Source: a candidate division WOR-3 bacterium (GTDB taxonomy: Bacteria; Hydrothermota; Hydrothermia; B15-G9; WFZT01). From it: 33,266 bases of DNA. Location of the stretch: NCBI GenBank assembly GCA_026986655.1, contig JALSOD010000209.1, positions 1 to 33,266 of the forward strand. Direction: 5' to 3'. Below, piece after piece: positions 1 to 8,617 of the stretch. Position numbers and translations under genes: made by a program. Position 1 is the stretch's first letter. The number at the start of each line of letters is the position of its first letter. The notes beneath the pieces are model-generated. The model had not been told where the DNA came from and did not search any database. It was given only the letters and a program-made list of their open reading frames with translations.

Positions 1-1029
1 TCTTACGAGCATGAGGTCGCCGTCTTTGACGATGTAATCTCTCCCCTCAAGGCGGACTGCACCGTGCTCTTTTGCCTTTTTCATATCGCCACCAAATTTC
101 ATAAATTCATCAAAGCTGATAACCTCTGCCCTGATAAACCCCTTCGCAAGGTCAGTATGAATTTTACCAGCAGCTTCACGAGCAGTAGAACCCTTTCTTA
201 TCGGCCATGCACGGACTTCTTTCTCACCGGCTGTTAAAAACACAATATACCCAAGAACATGGAAAATTTTCTGTATCAAAAGATCAGTTGTTGGTCTCTC
301 AAATCCATAGGCTTTAAACATCTCCCTTCGATCAGACTCATCAAGATCCACAATTTCTTTCTCGAGTGGCAAACATGTCCTCAGGAATTCAATCTTGCTC
401 TCTTCCAACTTCTTGACAAGCTCCGTGTCTACTTCACCTTGCTCAAATTTTTCCTCTGACTGATTCAGAAGTACAATTCGTGGCCTGTTGGTGGCGAAAG
501 TGTACCCCTTTATCAAATTCTCTTCATGCTGACTCAGTTCAACACGCCAGAGTGGTATCTCGTTCGATAGTGCATCCTCCAGTTTCCTCAGTACCTCAAT
601 AAGTTCGTCTGAAATCTTTCTAACCTTCCTCTCTTTCTCCAGTCTTTTGAGCTGAGAACTTACGAGGGAGAGGTCACTCAAAATTAACCTCAGGTTGATT
701 TCTTCAAAATCATCAACAGCTGAGAACGGTTCAAAGTCAGGGACAACGTGGATGAACGCATCAAAGCCACTCATTGCGTTTATAATTTCACCCGCATTCT
801 GCTCCTTCCACATTTTTCCAAAGCCATTAAAATCGAAAAGCTCAAAACTGGCATAGGTTACCTTTTGGGGATGATAGATTTCTGCCAGCTTCTTGACCCT
901 ATCATCCGGAATAAAGACCTGACCAACGTGATCCACATATCCTTTTCCGCGACTCCACTTTCCGCGAGTCAAAACTTCAAATAGTGTGGTCTTCCCTACT
1001 CCATGAGTTCCAATAATTGCGATTTCCAT
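1..1029 (-). CDS. ychF: YchF/OLA1-family ribosome-binding ATPase; C-terminus cut by the window edge
   Basis: Absent from the ORF track because no stop lies inside the window. Reverse-strand translation from the ATG at 1029..1027 gives MEIAIIGTHGVGKTTLFEVL...LNQSEEKF...EVRAWPIRKGSTAREAAGKIHTDLAKGFIRAEVISFDEFMKFGG...RLEGRDYIVKDGDLMLVR, open to position 1. It has a P-loop (GxxxxGKT), DxxG (DFNG), a YchF-type NxxE G4 motif and the conserved YchF C-terminal TGS-like block. Confidence 0.8.
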   Translation of the reverse strand, partial: MEIAIIGTHGVGKTTLFEVLTRGKWSRGKGYVDHVGQVFIPDDRVKKLAEIYHPQKVTYASFELFDFNGFGKMWKEQNAGEIINAMSGFDAFIHVVPDFEPFSAVDDFEEINLRLILSDLSLVSSQLKRLEKERKVRKISDELIEVLRKLEDALSNEIPLWRVELSQHEENLIKGYTFATNRPRIVLLNQSEEKFEQGEVDTELVKKLEESKIEFLRTCLPLEKEIVDLDESDRREMFKAYGFERPTTDLLIQKIFHVLGYIVFLTAGEKEVRAWPIRKGSTAREAAGKIHTDLAKGFIRAEVISFDEFMKFGGDMKKAKEHGAVRLEGRDYIVKDGDLMLVR

Positions 1030-1032
1030 TTT

Positions 1033-1944
1033 TCACACCTTTCCTAAAAGAAGTATAACCCCTCCAGCGAGACTCGCAATGAGGGTGCTAAAATAATAAA
1101 GCAATGATGTCAAAACGGCTCCTTCCCGTGTTAATCCCACCTGAAACAGAGCAACAAAGCCACCCTCTCTCAATCCGAGCCCACTTATCGTCACAGGGAT
1201 CATGGCTATCATATTAATCAAAGGGACGAAGAACATAAATCTATAAAGTGGATACGAAAGCCCAATGGATTTCATTGACACGTAGGCTGAGAATGCGTAA
1301 GAAAATTGAACCAGGAAAGAAATCAGAATACCTACAGCTACTCTACCCGGAGATGACCTGAATTCAAAATATGTATCGTAAAATTTTGCAAATCTTTCAC
1401 CAATATTAAAAAATTTCACCAGCAACATCCATTCGCGAACGATTCTGTAGAAATACTTGTTGAACGAAATAAAAAGTAGTGCTATCAAAAAAATGGCGGC
1501 AGAAAAAATGATAATCCTTAAATTTTTGGGAAGATTGAACCCGATGGAGACTGCTATAAGTGACAGCACGGAAACGGCCACAAAACCGGTTAACCTATCC
1601 ATTACCACCACAGCAAAATTTCCCTCGTAATTGTTTAATTCCTTTCCAATATAATAGCCACGAACCACATCAAGTCCACCAGAGGGCAAAAAATTTCCCA
1701 TAAAAAAGCTAACGAGATAAATCTTAAGTAACTTAAAAAAAGACATGTCATTATTAAGGAAATACTTCCATCTCCAGGTTTGAAAAAGTATGGCTGCAAA
1801 GCTCAGGATTATTGCTCCTGAGTAAATGGTCAAGTTTATATGGCTAACCAGTGATAGAACTCTGTTTATGTGTATTTTCTTGAAGATCAGATAAAAAGCA
1901 AGAGCGGTGAGGATTATACGTAGGAAACTGGAATACTTTTTCAT
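1033..1944 (-). CDS. Polytopic membrane protein, UPF0104 / flippase-like (LPG-synthase TM-domain) family
   Basis: Track ORF 1033..1992 trimmed to the ATG at 1944 (MKKYSSFLRIILTALAFYLIF...), because its first 16 codons are the translated tRNA-Ser gene. It has multiple hydrophobic segments and the motifs WRWK, PSGGLDVVRGYY and PVTISGLGLREGG. The family call is from memory. The stop lies 3 nt from the ychF ATG. Confidence 0.65.
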   Translation of the reverse strand: MKKYSSFLRIILTALAFYLIFKKIHINRVLSLVSHINLTIYSGAIILSFAAILFQTWRWKYFLNNDMSFFKLLKIYLVSFFMGNFLPSGGLDVVRGYYIGKELNNYEGNFAVVVMDRLTGFVAVSVLSLIAVSIGFNLPKNLRIIIFSAAIFLIALLFISFNKYFYRIVREWMLLVKFFNIGERFAKFYDTYFEFRSSPGRVAVGILISFLVQFSYAFSAYVSMKSIGLSYPLYRFMFFVPLINMIAMIPVTISGLGLREGGFVALFQVGLTREGAVLTSLLYYFSTLIASLAGGVILLLGKV

Positions 1945-1954
1945 GGGAGTAAAG

Positions 1955-2044
1955 CGGAGAGGGTGGGATTCGAACCCACGGTAGGGGGACAACCCCTACA
2001 ACGGCTTAGCAAGCCGCCGCCTTCAACCACTCGGCCACCTCTCC
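1955..2044 (-). tRNA. tRNA-Ser (anticodon GCU)
   Basis: The reverse complement GGAGAGGTGGCCGAGTGGTTGAAGGCGGCGGCTTGCTAAGCCGTTGTAGGGGTTGTCCCCCTACCGTGGGTTCGAATCCCACCCTCTCCG folds as a cloverleaf. It has a 7-bp acceptor stem, anticodon loop TTGCTAA, a long variable arm (GTAGGGG/CCCCTAC) and a GTTCGAATC T-loop. No CCA is encoded. Confidence 0.9.
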
Positions 2045-2049
2045 AGAAA

Positions 2050-2135
2050 TGGCGGAGGGTGAGGGACTCGAACCCCCAAGGGCAAACGCCCAGCGGATTT
2101 CAAATCCGCCGCCTTACCAGTTAGGCTAACCCTCC
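2050..2135 (-). tRNA. tRNA-Ser (anticodon UGA), CCA encoded
   Basis: The reverse complement is GGAGGGTTAGCCTAACTGGTAAGGCGGCGGATTTGAAATCCGCTGGGCGTTTGCCCTTGGGGGTTCGAGTCCCTCACCCTCCGCCA. It has acceptor GGAGGGT/ACCCTCC, anticodon stem GCGGA/TCCGC with loop TTTGAAA, a long variable arm, a GTTCGAGTC T-loop and a terminal GCCA. Confidence 0.9.
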
Positions 2136-2147
2136 GTTGGAATATTT

Positions 2148-2176
2148 ATTTTAAATAGCTGAATTTCTACTATCAA
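2148..2176 (-). promoter_or_regulatory. Sigma-70-type promoter candidate for the tRNA-Ser pair and possibly the downstream membrane protein and ychF
   Basis: The minus strand reads TTGATA (2176..2171), a 17-nt spacer, then TAAAAT (2153..2148). The -10 ends 12 nt upstream of the tRNA-Ser(UGA) 5' end. Confidence 0.5.
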
Positions 2177-2180
2177 TCCC

Positions 2181-2546
2181 CTATTTACCGGGGAACTTCA
2201 CAAGCTCGAGAATCGCCATCTCGGCTCCATCCCCCTTCCTGAAGCCAAGCCTGTAAATTCTTGTGTACCCACCCTCTCTATCCTTGAAAAGCGGGGCAAT
2301 TTCGTCAAACAGATAATTTGTCATCTGTCTATCAACCAGATATCTTCTCACAAGCCTTCTTGAATTAAAATTGTCATTCTTGCCTATCGTGATCAGTTTT
2401 TCAACGAAACTACGTGTCACCTTGGCCTTCTGCAGAGTTGTTTTAATCCTGCCATGCTTCAACAGGGATATTGCTTGATTTCTCAGTAAAGACTGCCTGT
2501 GAGCTCTGTCTCTTCCCAGCTTCTTCACCCTGTTTCTATGCCTCAT
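2181..2546 (-). CDS. rplQ: 50S ribosomal protein L17
   Basis: Track ORF 2181..2576 trimmed to MRHRNRVKKLGRDRAHRQSLLRNQ, the canonical L17 N-terminus. AAGGAGG lies 7 nt upstream of this ATG. The 5' end overlaps the rpoA stop by 11 nt. Confidence 0.93.
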   Translation of the reverse strand: MRHRNRVKKLGRDRAHRQSLLRNQAISLLKHGRIKTTLQKAKVTRSFVEKLITIGKNDNFNSRRLVRRYLVDRQMTNYLFDEIAPLFKDREGGYTRIYRLGFRKGDGAEMAILELVKFPGK

Positions 2547-3540
2547 TAGTAACCTCCTTGGTTTCCTCTTCTCCAAGGTACTTACTTATGTCCATACCAA
2601 AAGAAAGTCCGAATCTCTCAAGTTTTTCCTTGATCTCTTCAAGTGACTTTTCCCCAAAGTTCTTAACCTGGAGAATCTCTTCTTCTGTCTTGGAGACAAG
2701 CTGAGCAATGGTTTCAATGCCCGCATCCTTCAAGCAGTTAGCAGTTCTCTTGGATGGCTCAAGGAAATCGATGCTCTTGCTCAGAATCTGATAGATTTTC
2801 TCCTTCTCCTCAAATTTCAGTTCATCTTTGCCATACGGAGCACCAATTTTCTTGAGCACTGGCTCAATGGACTTTAGAAGTGTCTTCGTAGCCATCTCAA
2901 GAGCTGTATCAGGCTTAATTGTACCGTCAGTCCAGATTTCCAGAATCAATTTTTCGTAGTCTGTCCTGGCTTTAACTCTAACATTCTCAACCGTGTAATT
3001 CACTTTGACAATAGGAGAAAACACACCATCAATAAAAATTGTACCTGCAGGGAATCCCTCTTTGGACATCTCATTCGCTGGAATGTAGCCTCTACCCTTC
3101 GCAACAATGAGCTCAGCGTAAAACCTTGCATCATCCCTTGTTAAAGTGGCAATGTGATGCTCGGGATTCACTATCTCGACATATTCTGGAACGTCTATAT
3201 CGCCCGCCTTTACTTCTCTTGCACCCTCAGCTCGAATGTAAAGAGTCGCCGTTGTACTTACCTCTTCATCGAGTCTCAGTCTGATACCCTTAAGATTGAG
3301 TACGATCTGGGGAACTTCTTCCATCACACCTGGGATTGTGGAAAATTCGTGGGTTATACCATCTATTCTCATTGCAACTATGGAATAACCAGGAATTGAG
3401 GATAGAAGGACTCTTCTTAGCGCATTTCCAACTGTTATCCCATATCCTCTCTCAAGAGGAACATAAACAAATCTTCCATACTTGTCATTGAGTTCTTCTA
3501 CAAAAATACCTTCTGGTAAAACGAACTGTGTGTCAAACAT
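2536..3540 (-). CDS. rpoA: DNA-directed RNA polymerase alpha subunit
   Basis: 334 aa containing ...GYGITVGNALRRVLLSSIPG... and a C-terminal HhH domain (LSKSIDFLEPSKRTANCLKDAGIETIAQL). It sits in the canonical position after rpsD. Confidence 0.97.
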   Translation of the reverse strand: MFDTQFVLPEGIFVEELNDKYGRFVYVPLERGYGITVGNALRRVLLSSIPGYSIVAMRIDGITHEFSTIPGVMEEVPQIVLNLKGIRLRLDEEVSTTATLYIRAEGAREVKAGDIDVPEYVEIVNPEHHIATLTRDDARFYAELIVAKGRGYIPANEMSKEGFPAGTIFIDGVFSPIVKVNYTVENVRVKARTDYEKLILEIWTDGTIKPDTALEMATKTLLKSIEPVLKKIGAPYGKDELKFEEKEKIYQILSKSIDFLEPSKRTANCLKDAGIETIAQLVSKTEEEILQVKNFGEKSLEEIKEKLERFGLSFGMDISKYLGEEETKEVTNEA

Positions 3541-3554
3541 ATATTATCACCTCA

Positions 3555-4184
3555 CTACTTAGAGTATAGCTCGATAATGAGCCTTTCTGTAATCGGATGT
3601 GTGATGTCACTTCTCACTGGATATCTCAGAACTTTACCGAGGAATTTTTCTTTATCAAGGCTAAGCCATGCAGGTATCTGATCAAGATTTGTCTCTTCAA
3701 GAGCTTCTTTCACGAAAGGTATATTCTTGGACTTTTCCTTCAATGTAATTTCGTCTCCAGGCCTAACAAGGTATGAAGGAATATCTACTTTGTGGCCATT
3801 TACAATGACATGTCCATGAGAAACAAGCTGTCTTGCCTGAGCCCTCGATTTCGCAAATCCAAGATGATAGACAACGTTATCCAGTCTTCTCTCAAGGAGA
3901 GAAAGGAGATTCTCACCAACGTTTCCTCCCATCCTTCTCGCCTTCTCATAATAACCGCGGAATTGTTTTTCAAGAACTCCATAAATTCTCTTAACTTTCT
4001 GCTTTTCACGAAGCTGCAAGCTATAAATACTGTGTTTTATTCTTCTTGTAGGACCGTGCACACCAGGTGGGTATCTTCTTCTCTCAAAAGGACATTTTGA
4101 GGTAAAGCACTTTTCTCCCTTTAAGAAGAGTTTCTCTCCTTCCCTTCTACACAATCTACATTTAGGTCCAGTGTATCTTGCCAT
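3555..4184 (-). CDS. rpsD: 30S ribosomal protein S4 (Cys4 zinc form)
   Basis: [32 protein letters not shown]..., 209 aa, with an S4 domain ([15 protein letters not shown]) and four N-terminal Cys. Confidence 0.97.
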   Translation of the reverse strand: MARYTGPKCRLCRREGEKLFLKGEKCFTSKCPFERRRYPPGVHGPTRRIKHSIYSLQLREKQKVKRIYGVLEKQFRGYYEKARRMGGNVGENLLSLLERRLDNVVYHLGFAKSRAQARQLVSHGHVIVNGHKVDIPSYLVRPGDEITLKEKSKNIPFVKEALEETNLDQIPAWLSLDKEKFLGKVLRYPVRSDITHPITERLIIELYSK

Positions 4185-4187
4185 TTG

Positions 4188-4589
4188 TTATACTCTCCTT
4201 CTCTTCGGTGGTCTACAACCATTGTGAGGTATTGGAGTTACATCTCTGATAGCGAAAACCTGTAAGCCAGCAGCCTGAATTGCGCGGATTGCCGCTTCTC
4301 TTCCGGGACCAGGTCCCTTAACCCAGACTTCTACTCTCTGGACACCAAGGTCTTTGGCCTCTTTGGCAGCGGCTTCAGCCGCTTTTGAAGCGGCAAACGG
4401 GGTCCCCTTCCTTGTTCCTGAAAAACCTACAGAACCGGAACTTGCCCAGGCTATTGTATTGCCCTTTAAATCAGTAATTGTGACAATTGTATTATTAAAA
4501 GTACTCTGAATATGAGCAATTCCAACAGGTTCTACACCTTTAGCCTTTTTTTTCTTTCTCCTGGTTGCCTCACTTCTCCTTCTTGCCAT
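4188..4589 (-). CDS. rpsK: 30S ribosomal protein S11
   Basis: 133 aa with [18 protein letters not shown]...[13 protein letters not shown]...[20 protein letters not shown]. Confidence 0.97.
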   Translation of the reverse strand: MARRRSEATRRKKKKAKGVEPVGIAHIQSTFNNTIVTITDLKGNTIAWASSGSVGFSGTRKGTPFAASKAAEAAAKEAKDLGVQRVEVWVKGPGPGREAAIRAIQAAGLQVFAIRDVTPIPHNGCRPPKRRRV

Positions 4590-4600
4590 AAAAATCCTCC

Positions 4601-4969
4601 TTATTTCTTCCTCTTCTTAAAGATGTTTCCACGAGGGCCTTTCCTCGTACGCGCGTTTGAACGTGTTCTCTGACCTCTTACTGGAAGTCCCATCTTGTGT
4701 CTTAATCCCCTGTAACATCCAATATCAATGAGCCTCTTGATGTTTCTCTGGATCTCGGCCCTCAAAGCACCTTCAACTTTGTACTTGTCAACTTCGGCTC
4801 TCAGCTTGGCAATCTCCTCCTCAGTCAGGTCTTTTACCCGCTTATCAGGATCGACACCTGAATCGTTGATAATTTTCCACGCAGTAGAACGTCCAATTCC
4901 AAAGATGTAGGTTAAACCAACCCAAACCTTTTTATTTCTCGGTAAATCAACTCCAGCTATTCTTGCCAT
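4601..4969 (-). CDS. rpsM: 30S ribosomal protein S13
   Basis: [26 protein letters not shown]...[27 protein letters not shown], 122 aa. Confidence 0.97.
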   Translation of the reverse strand: MARIAGVDLPRNKKVWVGLTYIFGIGRSTAWKIINDSGVDPDKRVKDLTEEEIAKLRAEVDKYKVEGALRAEIQRNIKRLIDIGCYRGLRHKMGLPVRGQRTRSNARTRKGPRGNIFKKRKK

Positions 4970-4980
4970 TAATAAACCTC

Positions 4981-5094
4981 CTAACCCTGTCTCTGCTTAT
5001 GCTTGGGATTTTCACAAATTACCATTAATTTCCCTCTTCTTCTCACAATCTTACACTTCGGACACATTTTTTTGACAGAAGACCTTACTTTCAT
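4981..5094 (-). CDS. rpmJ: 50S ribosomal protein L36 (zinc form)
   Basis: Below the ORF-track size cutoff. Reverse-strand translation gives [37 protein letters not shown] followed by a stop. GGAGGAG lies 7 nt upstream of the ATG. Confidence 0.95.
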   Translation of the reverse strand: MKVRSSVKKMCPKCKIVRRRGKLMVICENPKHKQRQG

Positions 5095-5112
5095 AAATAT
5101 CTCCTCCATTCA

Positions 5113-5154
5113 GGGAATTCAAAAAGGTATATAATGATACCTACTTGAATTCCC
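5113..5154 (-). promoter_or_regulatory. 42-nt near-perfect palindrome / RNA hairpin in the infA-rpmJ spacer
   Basis: GGGAATTCAA (5113..5122) pairs with TTGAATTCCC (5145..5154). An inner stem AGGTAT/ATACCT and a 6-nt loop complete the structure. It overlaps the spacer and -10 of the promoter candidate below. Confidence 0.6.
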
Positions 5155-5162
5155 CATGTCAA
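5134..5162 (-). promoter_or_regulatory. Internal sigma-70-type promoter candidate upstream of rpmJ-rpsM-rpsK-rpsD-rpoA-rplQ
   Basis: The minus strand reads TTGACA (5162..5157), a 17-nt spacer, then TATCAT (5139..5134). Confidence 0.5.
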
Positions 5163-5187
5163 TGCTTTTTATTTTAATATCAAATCG

Positions 5188-5202
5188 CTTCCCGGTGGGA
5201 AG
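5188..5202 (-). terminator. Small hairpin just after the infA stop (weak terminator or attenuator candidate)
   Basis: The minus strand reads CTTCCC-ACC-GGGAAG followed by CGATTTGATATT. The stem is only 6 bp and the T-run is interrupted. Confidence 0.3.
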
Positions 5203-5208
5203 TTTAAT

Positions 5209-5430
5209 TTATTTATACCTGTAAACTATTCTGCCTCGTGTAAGGTCGTAGGGGGATAGTTCAACAGTCACTCGGTCACCTGGCAGTATTCTGATAAAAT
5301 GCATACGCATTTTACCTGATACGTGAGCAAGTATCACATGTCCGTTCTCCAACTCTACCCTAAACATTGCGTTTGGTAATACCTCTTTTACCGTACCTTC
5401 CACTCTTATTACATTCTTTTTCTTAGCCAT
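5209..5430 (-). CDS. infA: Translation initiation factor IF-1
   Basis: [73 protein letters not shown], 73 aa, an S1-like fold signature. Confidence 0.97.
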   Translation of the reverse strand: MAKKKNVIRVEGTVKEVLPNAMFRVELENGHVILAHVSGKMRMHFIRILPGDRVTVELSPYDLTRGRIVYRYK

Positions 5431-5438
5431 AGTCTTCC

Positions 5439-6188
5439 TTACGAAATTTTTGAAAGAATTTCCGGACCGTTATCAAGGATTGCTATTGTATGCTCAAAAT
5501 GGGCAGATAGTGATCCATCCCTGGTCACAACGGTCCATCCATCCTTCTTTGTTTTAACATGCGGATGTCCCATATTTACCATTGGTTCAAGAGCGAGCGT
5601 CATACCCATTTTTAAAACCGGACCTCTCCCTGGAGGGCCATAATTTGGAATAAATGGTTCCTCGTGTAATTTCAACCCAACTCCATGCCCTCCAAGATCT
5701 CTCACTACCGAAAAACCTTCTTTTTCTGCTGTAACCTGGATTGCATGGGAAATGTCTGATAGTCTGCTACCGGGATAAGCCTGGTTGATTCCGTTATATA
5801 ACGCCCTTTCTGTTGTTTCAACGAGTTTCCTAACTTTTGGTGAAACATCCCCAACGATAATAGTTATTGCCGCATCACCTATGTAACCATTTAAATTAAC
5901 ACCAACGTCTACCTTTACAAGGTCTCCCTCTTTAATCTTTCTGTTTCCGGGTATTCCATGAACAACTTCGTCGTTGAGAGAAATGCAACTTGCGGCAGGA
6001 TATCCACGGTAACCCAAGAATGCCGGATACCCTCCTCTGTTTTCAATAAATTCCTTGATTTTTGCATCAACTTCTTTTGTCATAACACCCGGTTTTACAA
6101 TCTCTCTTGAGTATTCAAGCACCTCAGCAACAACCTGCGCTGCCTTTCTTATACCCTCGATTTCTTCGTCGGTCTTTATCAAAATCAT
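5439..6188 (-). CDS. map: Type I methionine aminopeptidase
   Basis: 249 aa with the metal-ligand context ...VVHGIPG...VDVG...GYIGDAA...GHGVG...EPM...EHT. It sits in the canonical position after adk. Confidence 0.95.
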   Translation of the reverse strand: MILIKTDEEIEGIRKAAQVVAEVLEYSREIVKPGVMTKEVDAKIKEFIENRGGYPAFLGYRGYPAASCISLNDEVVHGIPGNRKIKEGDLVKVDVGVNLNGYIGDAAITIIVGDVSPKVRKLVETTERALYNGINQAYPGSRLSDISHAIQVTAEKEGFSVVRDLGGHGVGLKLHEEPFIPNYGPPGRGPVLKMGMTLALEPMVNMGHPHVKTKKDGWTVVTRDGSLSAHFEHTIAILDNGPEILSKIS

Positions 6189-6832
6189 TTAAAAATCACT
6201 TCCTCTATCGCCTCAGTTATTGCCTCAGGTTTCCCGGTCCCATCTATCTTAACAAGCAACTCCTTGGCCCTGTAATAATCGATCAATGGGGCAGTCTGCT
6301 TATGATAAACATCGAGTCTTCTCTTAATAGTCTCAGGATTATCATCTTTCCTCTGGACAAGCTTTGTACCACAAACATCACAGATTTCATCGTTCTTTGG
6401 GGGATTGTAAAGCAGATTATAAACAGCGCCACAGTTGGGGCACACCCTCCTCGCACTCAACCTTTTGACAATTTCTTCATCAGGGACATCGAGCAGGATT
6501 ACCGCTTTTAAAGGCAACTGTTTTTTCTGGAGAAGCTCGTCCAGGCCTTCTGCCTGTTTAACTGTTCTTGGAAAACCATCAAGTATGAACCCTTTATCGA
6601 TATTTGCGAGCTGCTCTTCGATCAGTCCCAGCATGATCTCGTCAGGTACAAGCTCTCCTCTTTTCATGTAGCCATCTGCAAGTTTTCCGAGCTCTGTACC
6701 ATTTTTCACGGCCTCACGAAGAATATCACCTGTAGAAATTTTTACAAGGCCGTGTTTTTTGGCTATTATTTCAGCCTGAGTCCCCTTACCCGCACCCGGG
6801 GGACCGAGAAATACAAAATTCAGAATCGCCAT
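6185..6832 (-). CDS. adk: Adenylate kinase (Cys4 zinc lid)
   Basis: MAILNFVFLGPPGAGKGTQAEIIAKK... with lid CPNCG...CDVCG. It makes an ATGA overlap with map and a 13-nt overlap with the 3' end of secY. Confidence 0.96.
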   Translation of the reverse strand: MAILNFVFLGPPGAGKGTQAEIIAKKHGLVKISTGDILREAVKNGTELGKLADGYMKRGELVPDEIMLGLIEEQLANIDKGFILDGFPRTVKQAEGLDELLQKKQLPLKAVILLDVPDEEIVKRLSARRVCPNCGAVYNLLYNPPKNDEICDVCGTKLVQRKDDNPETIKRRLDVYHKQTAPLIDYYRAKELLVKIDGTGKPEAITEAIEEVIFK

Positions 6833-8130
6833 CCTCTCAATCTCCCTTTCTTCAACAATCCCTCATACTGTCTCATTATGAGCTGGGCCTCTATCTTCTG
6901 CATAATCTCAAGAGCAACACCCACGATAATTAAAAGTCTTGTACCCCCAAAGTAAAATGGAATATTTGTCCACCTGATAAGATACCAGGGCAATATTGCT
7001 ATGATGGCAAAGAAAACTGCACCTGGCAATAGGATTCTTGTCATTATTGTGTCTATGTACTCAGCAGTCTTGGGCCCTGGTCGAACCCCGGGGATAAACC
7101 CGGAGTATCTCTGGAGGTTATCCGCGAGATCTTTGGGATTCATCACAACAGCTGTGTAATAGTATGCAAAAAAGATAATGAGTGCCGCGTAAATCAAGTC
7201 ATAGACAAGATTTCCTGGTTTGAACCAATTTGTAAAGTTTTGTGCCCATGGGGCAGAGACAAAAGTTGTAATAGTATTTGGAAACATTAAGAGTGCCTGA
7301 GCAAATATGATCGGGATAACACCCGCCGTGTTAACTGTAAGAGGCAAGTAAGATGACTGACCACCATACACCCTTCTTCCGACAACCCTCTTTGCATACT
7401 GGATCGGGATTCTTCGCTGAGCTTCTGTCACAGCCACGACTGCAGCAGTTACAATAAGCATTACCACAGCAACAAAGAGGAGCGTTATCGGCGAAATTCC
7501 ACCACTCTTAAGAAGTCGGATAGTGTTCATAAACTCGTTTGGCACAGAATCAAGAGTTCCCGCATAAATTATGATTGAAATTCCATTTCCAATTCCAAAA
7601 TCTGTGATCTGTTCACCAAGCCACATGAGGAAAATTGACCCGGCAGCAAGAGACACAACTGTGAGAAAGATGAATGCTGGTCCAGGATGTGGAACTACCG
7701 GTGCACCTGTAGGACTTGTGAGTCTCTGAAGGAATATGGATACACCAAACGCCTGAATAGCTGCAATTAAAATCGTGAGATAACGGGTATACTGGTTAAT
7801 TTTTCGTCTACCATGCTCACCTTCTTTTTGAAGTCTTTCAAGGTATGGCCAGGCAGTTGTTAGAAGCTGGATAACGATTGAGGCCGAGATGTAGGGCATA
7901 ATACCGACACCAAAGACAGCAGCCCTCGAAAGAGCACCACCAACAAAGATGTCGTACAACCCAAACACTGTGCCTCTCAGCTGGTTAAAGAATTCACCAA
8001 GTGCACGCGCATCCACTCCTGGCAGAGGAATGTGGGTACCGATTCGATAGACGAAGATGATAAGAAGGGTGTAAATTATCTTCTTTCTGAGGTCACTAAT
8101 TTTTACTATATTTCCGACGCTCTGAAGCAT
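6820..8130 (-). CDS. secY: Preprotein translocase subunit SecY
   Basis: 436 aa, 10-TM pattern, with motifs GVGIMPYISASIVIQLL and GGTRLLIIVGVALE. Confidence 0.97.
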   Translation of the reverse strand: MLQSVGNIVKISDLRKKIIYTLLIIFVYRIGTHIPLPGVDARALGEFFNQLRGTVFGLYDIFVGGALSRAAVFGVGIMPYISASIVIQLLTTAWPYLERLQKEGEHGRRKINQYTRYLTILIAAIQAFGVSIFLQRLTSPTGAPVVPHPGPAFIFLTVVSLAAGSIFLMWLGEQITDFGIGNGISIIIYAGTLDSVPNEFMNTIRLLKSGGISPITLLFVAVVMLIVTAAVVAVTEAQRRIPIQYAKRVVGRRVYGGQSSYLPLTVNTAGVIPIIFAQALLMFPNTITTFVSAPWAQNFTNWFKPGNLVYDLIYAALIIFFAYYYTAVVMNPKDLADNLQRYSGFIPGVRPGPKTAEYIDTIMTRILLPGAVFFAIIAILPWYLIRWTNIPFYFGGTRLLIIVGVALEIMQKIEAQLIMRQYEGLLKKGRLRGWRF

Positions 8131-8133
8131 CCT

Positions 8134-8613
8134 TTATTCCTCTTTTGATTCTTCTTTTTTAGCACCAGGCAAAATGACCTTACCACCTGCCTTCTCTATT
8201 TTCTCCTTTGCTTTTTCACTGATTGCGTCAACTTCAACTTCAAGCGCCTTTGTAATCTCACCCCTTGCAAGAATTTTCACCGGTTTTTTAGCAGATCTTA
8301 TCAATCTCCTCTTCTCAAGTTCAACCTTAGTAACTTTCTCACCAGCCCCAAACTTCGCCTCCAGTTTATCAAGGTTAACCACCTGATAAACCACCTTGAA
8401 TGGATAATTAGAAAATCCGCGTTTCGGCAGTCTTCTATAAAGTGGCATCTGGCCACCTTCGAACCATATCGGTTTTGCACCACCGGAACGGGATTTTTGG
8501 CCCTTATGCCCATACCCAGCAGTCTTACCAAGGCCGGAGCCAGGGCCCCTACCCTTCCTCTTCTTCTCTTTAACCGCACCATCTGCCGGTGCCAGATTGG
8601 AAAGATCAAACAT
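8134..8613 (-). CDS. rplO: 50S ribosomal protein L15
   Basis: MFDLSNLAPADGAVKEKKRKGRGPGSGLGKTAGYGHKGQKSRSGG..., 159 aa. Confidence 0.97.
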   Translation of the reverse strand: MFDLSNLAPADGAVKEKKRKGRGPGSGLGKTAGYGHKGQKSRSGGAKPIWFEGGQMPLYRRLPKRGFSNYPFKVVYQVVNLDKLEAKFGAGEKVTKVELEKRRLIRSAKKPVKILARGEITKALEVEVDAISEKAKEKIEKAGGKVILPGAKKEESKEE

Positions 8614-8617
8614 CGTC

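Noticed and set aside
1945-1992. N-terminal 16 codons of track ORF 1033..1992 (MSPYRGFESHPLRFTP)
   Set aside because: These codons are the translated T-arm and acceptor of tRNA-Ser(GCU). The CDS was trimmed to the ATG at 1944.
2547-2576. Longer L17 start (MEKRKPRRLL...). A comparable longer L1 start lies at 30954..31004 ([17 protein letters not shown]...).
   Set aside because: Both extensions lie inside the upstream gene. The shorter starts give canonical N-termini (MRHRN..., MPKHSKRY...) and are preceded by good SD sequences.
6820-6832. 13-nt secY/adk overlap. An 11-nt rpoA/rplQ overlap lies at 2536..2546.
   Set aside because: Both N-termini are canonical, and short overlaps are normal translational coupling in these operons. 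This is not a frameshift or a fusion.
8301-8609. 102-aa same-strand alternative-frame ORF inside rplO. Similar ORFs occur at 16454..16732 in rplC, 3800..4009 in rpsD, 17622..17900 in tuf, 22011..22223 in rpoC, and 28580..28795 and 28952..29236 in or at rpoB.
   Set aside because: The Arg- or Leu-rich frame-shifted translations have no SD and no independent support. The 28952..29236 ORF uses a TTG start and merely overlaps the rpoB start region.
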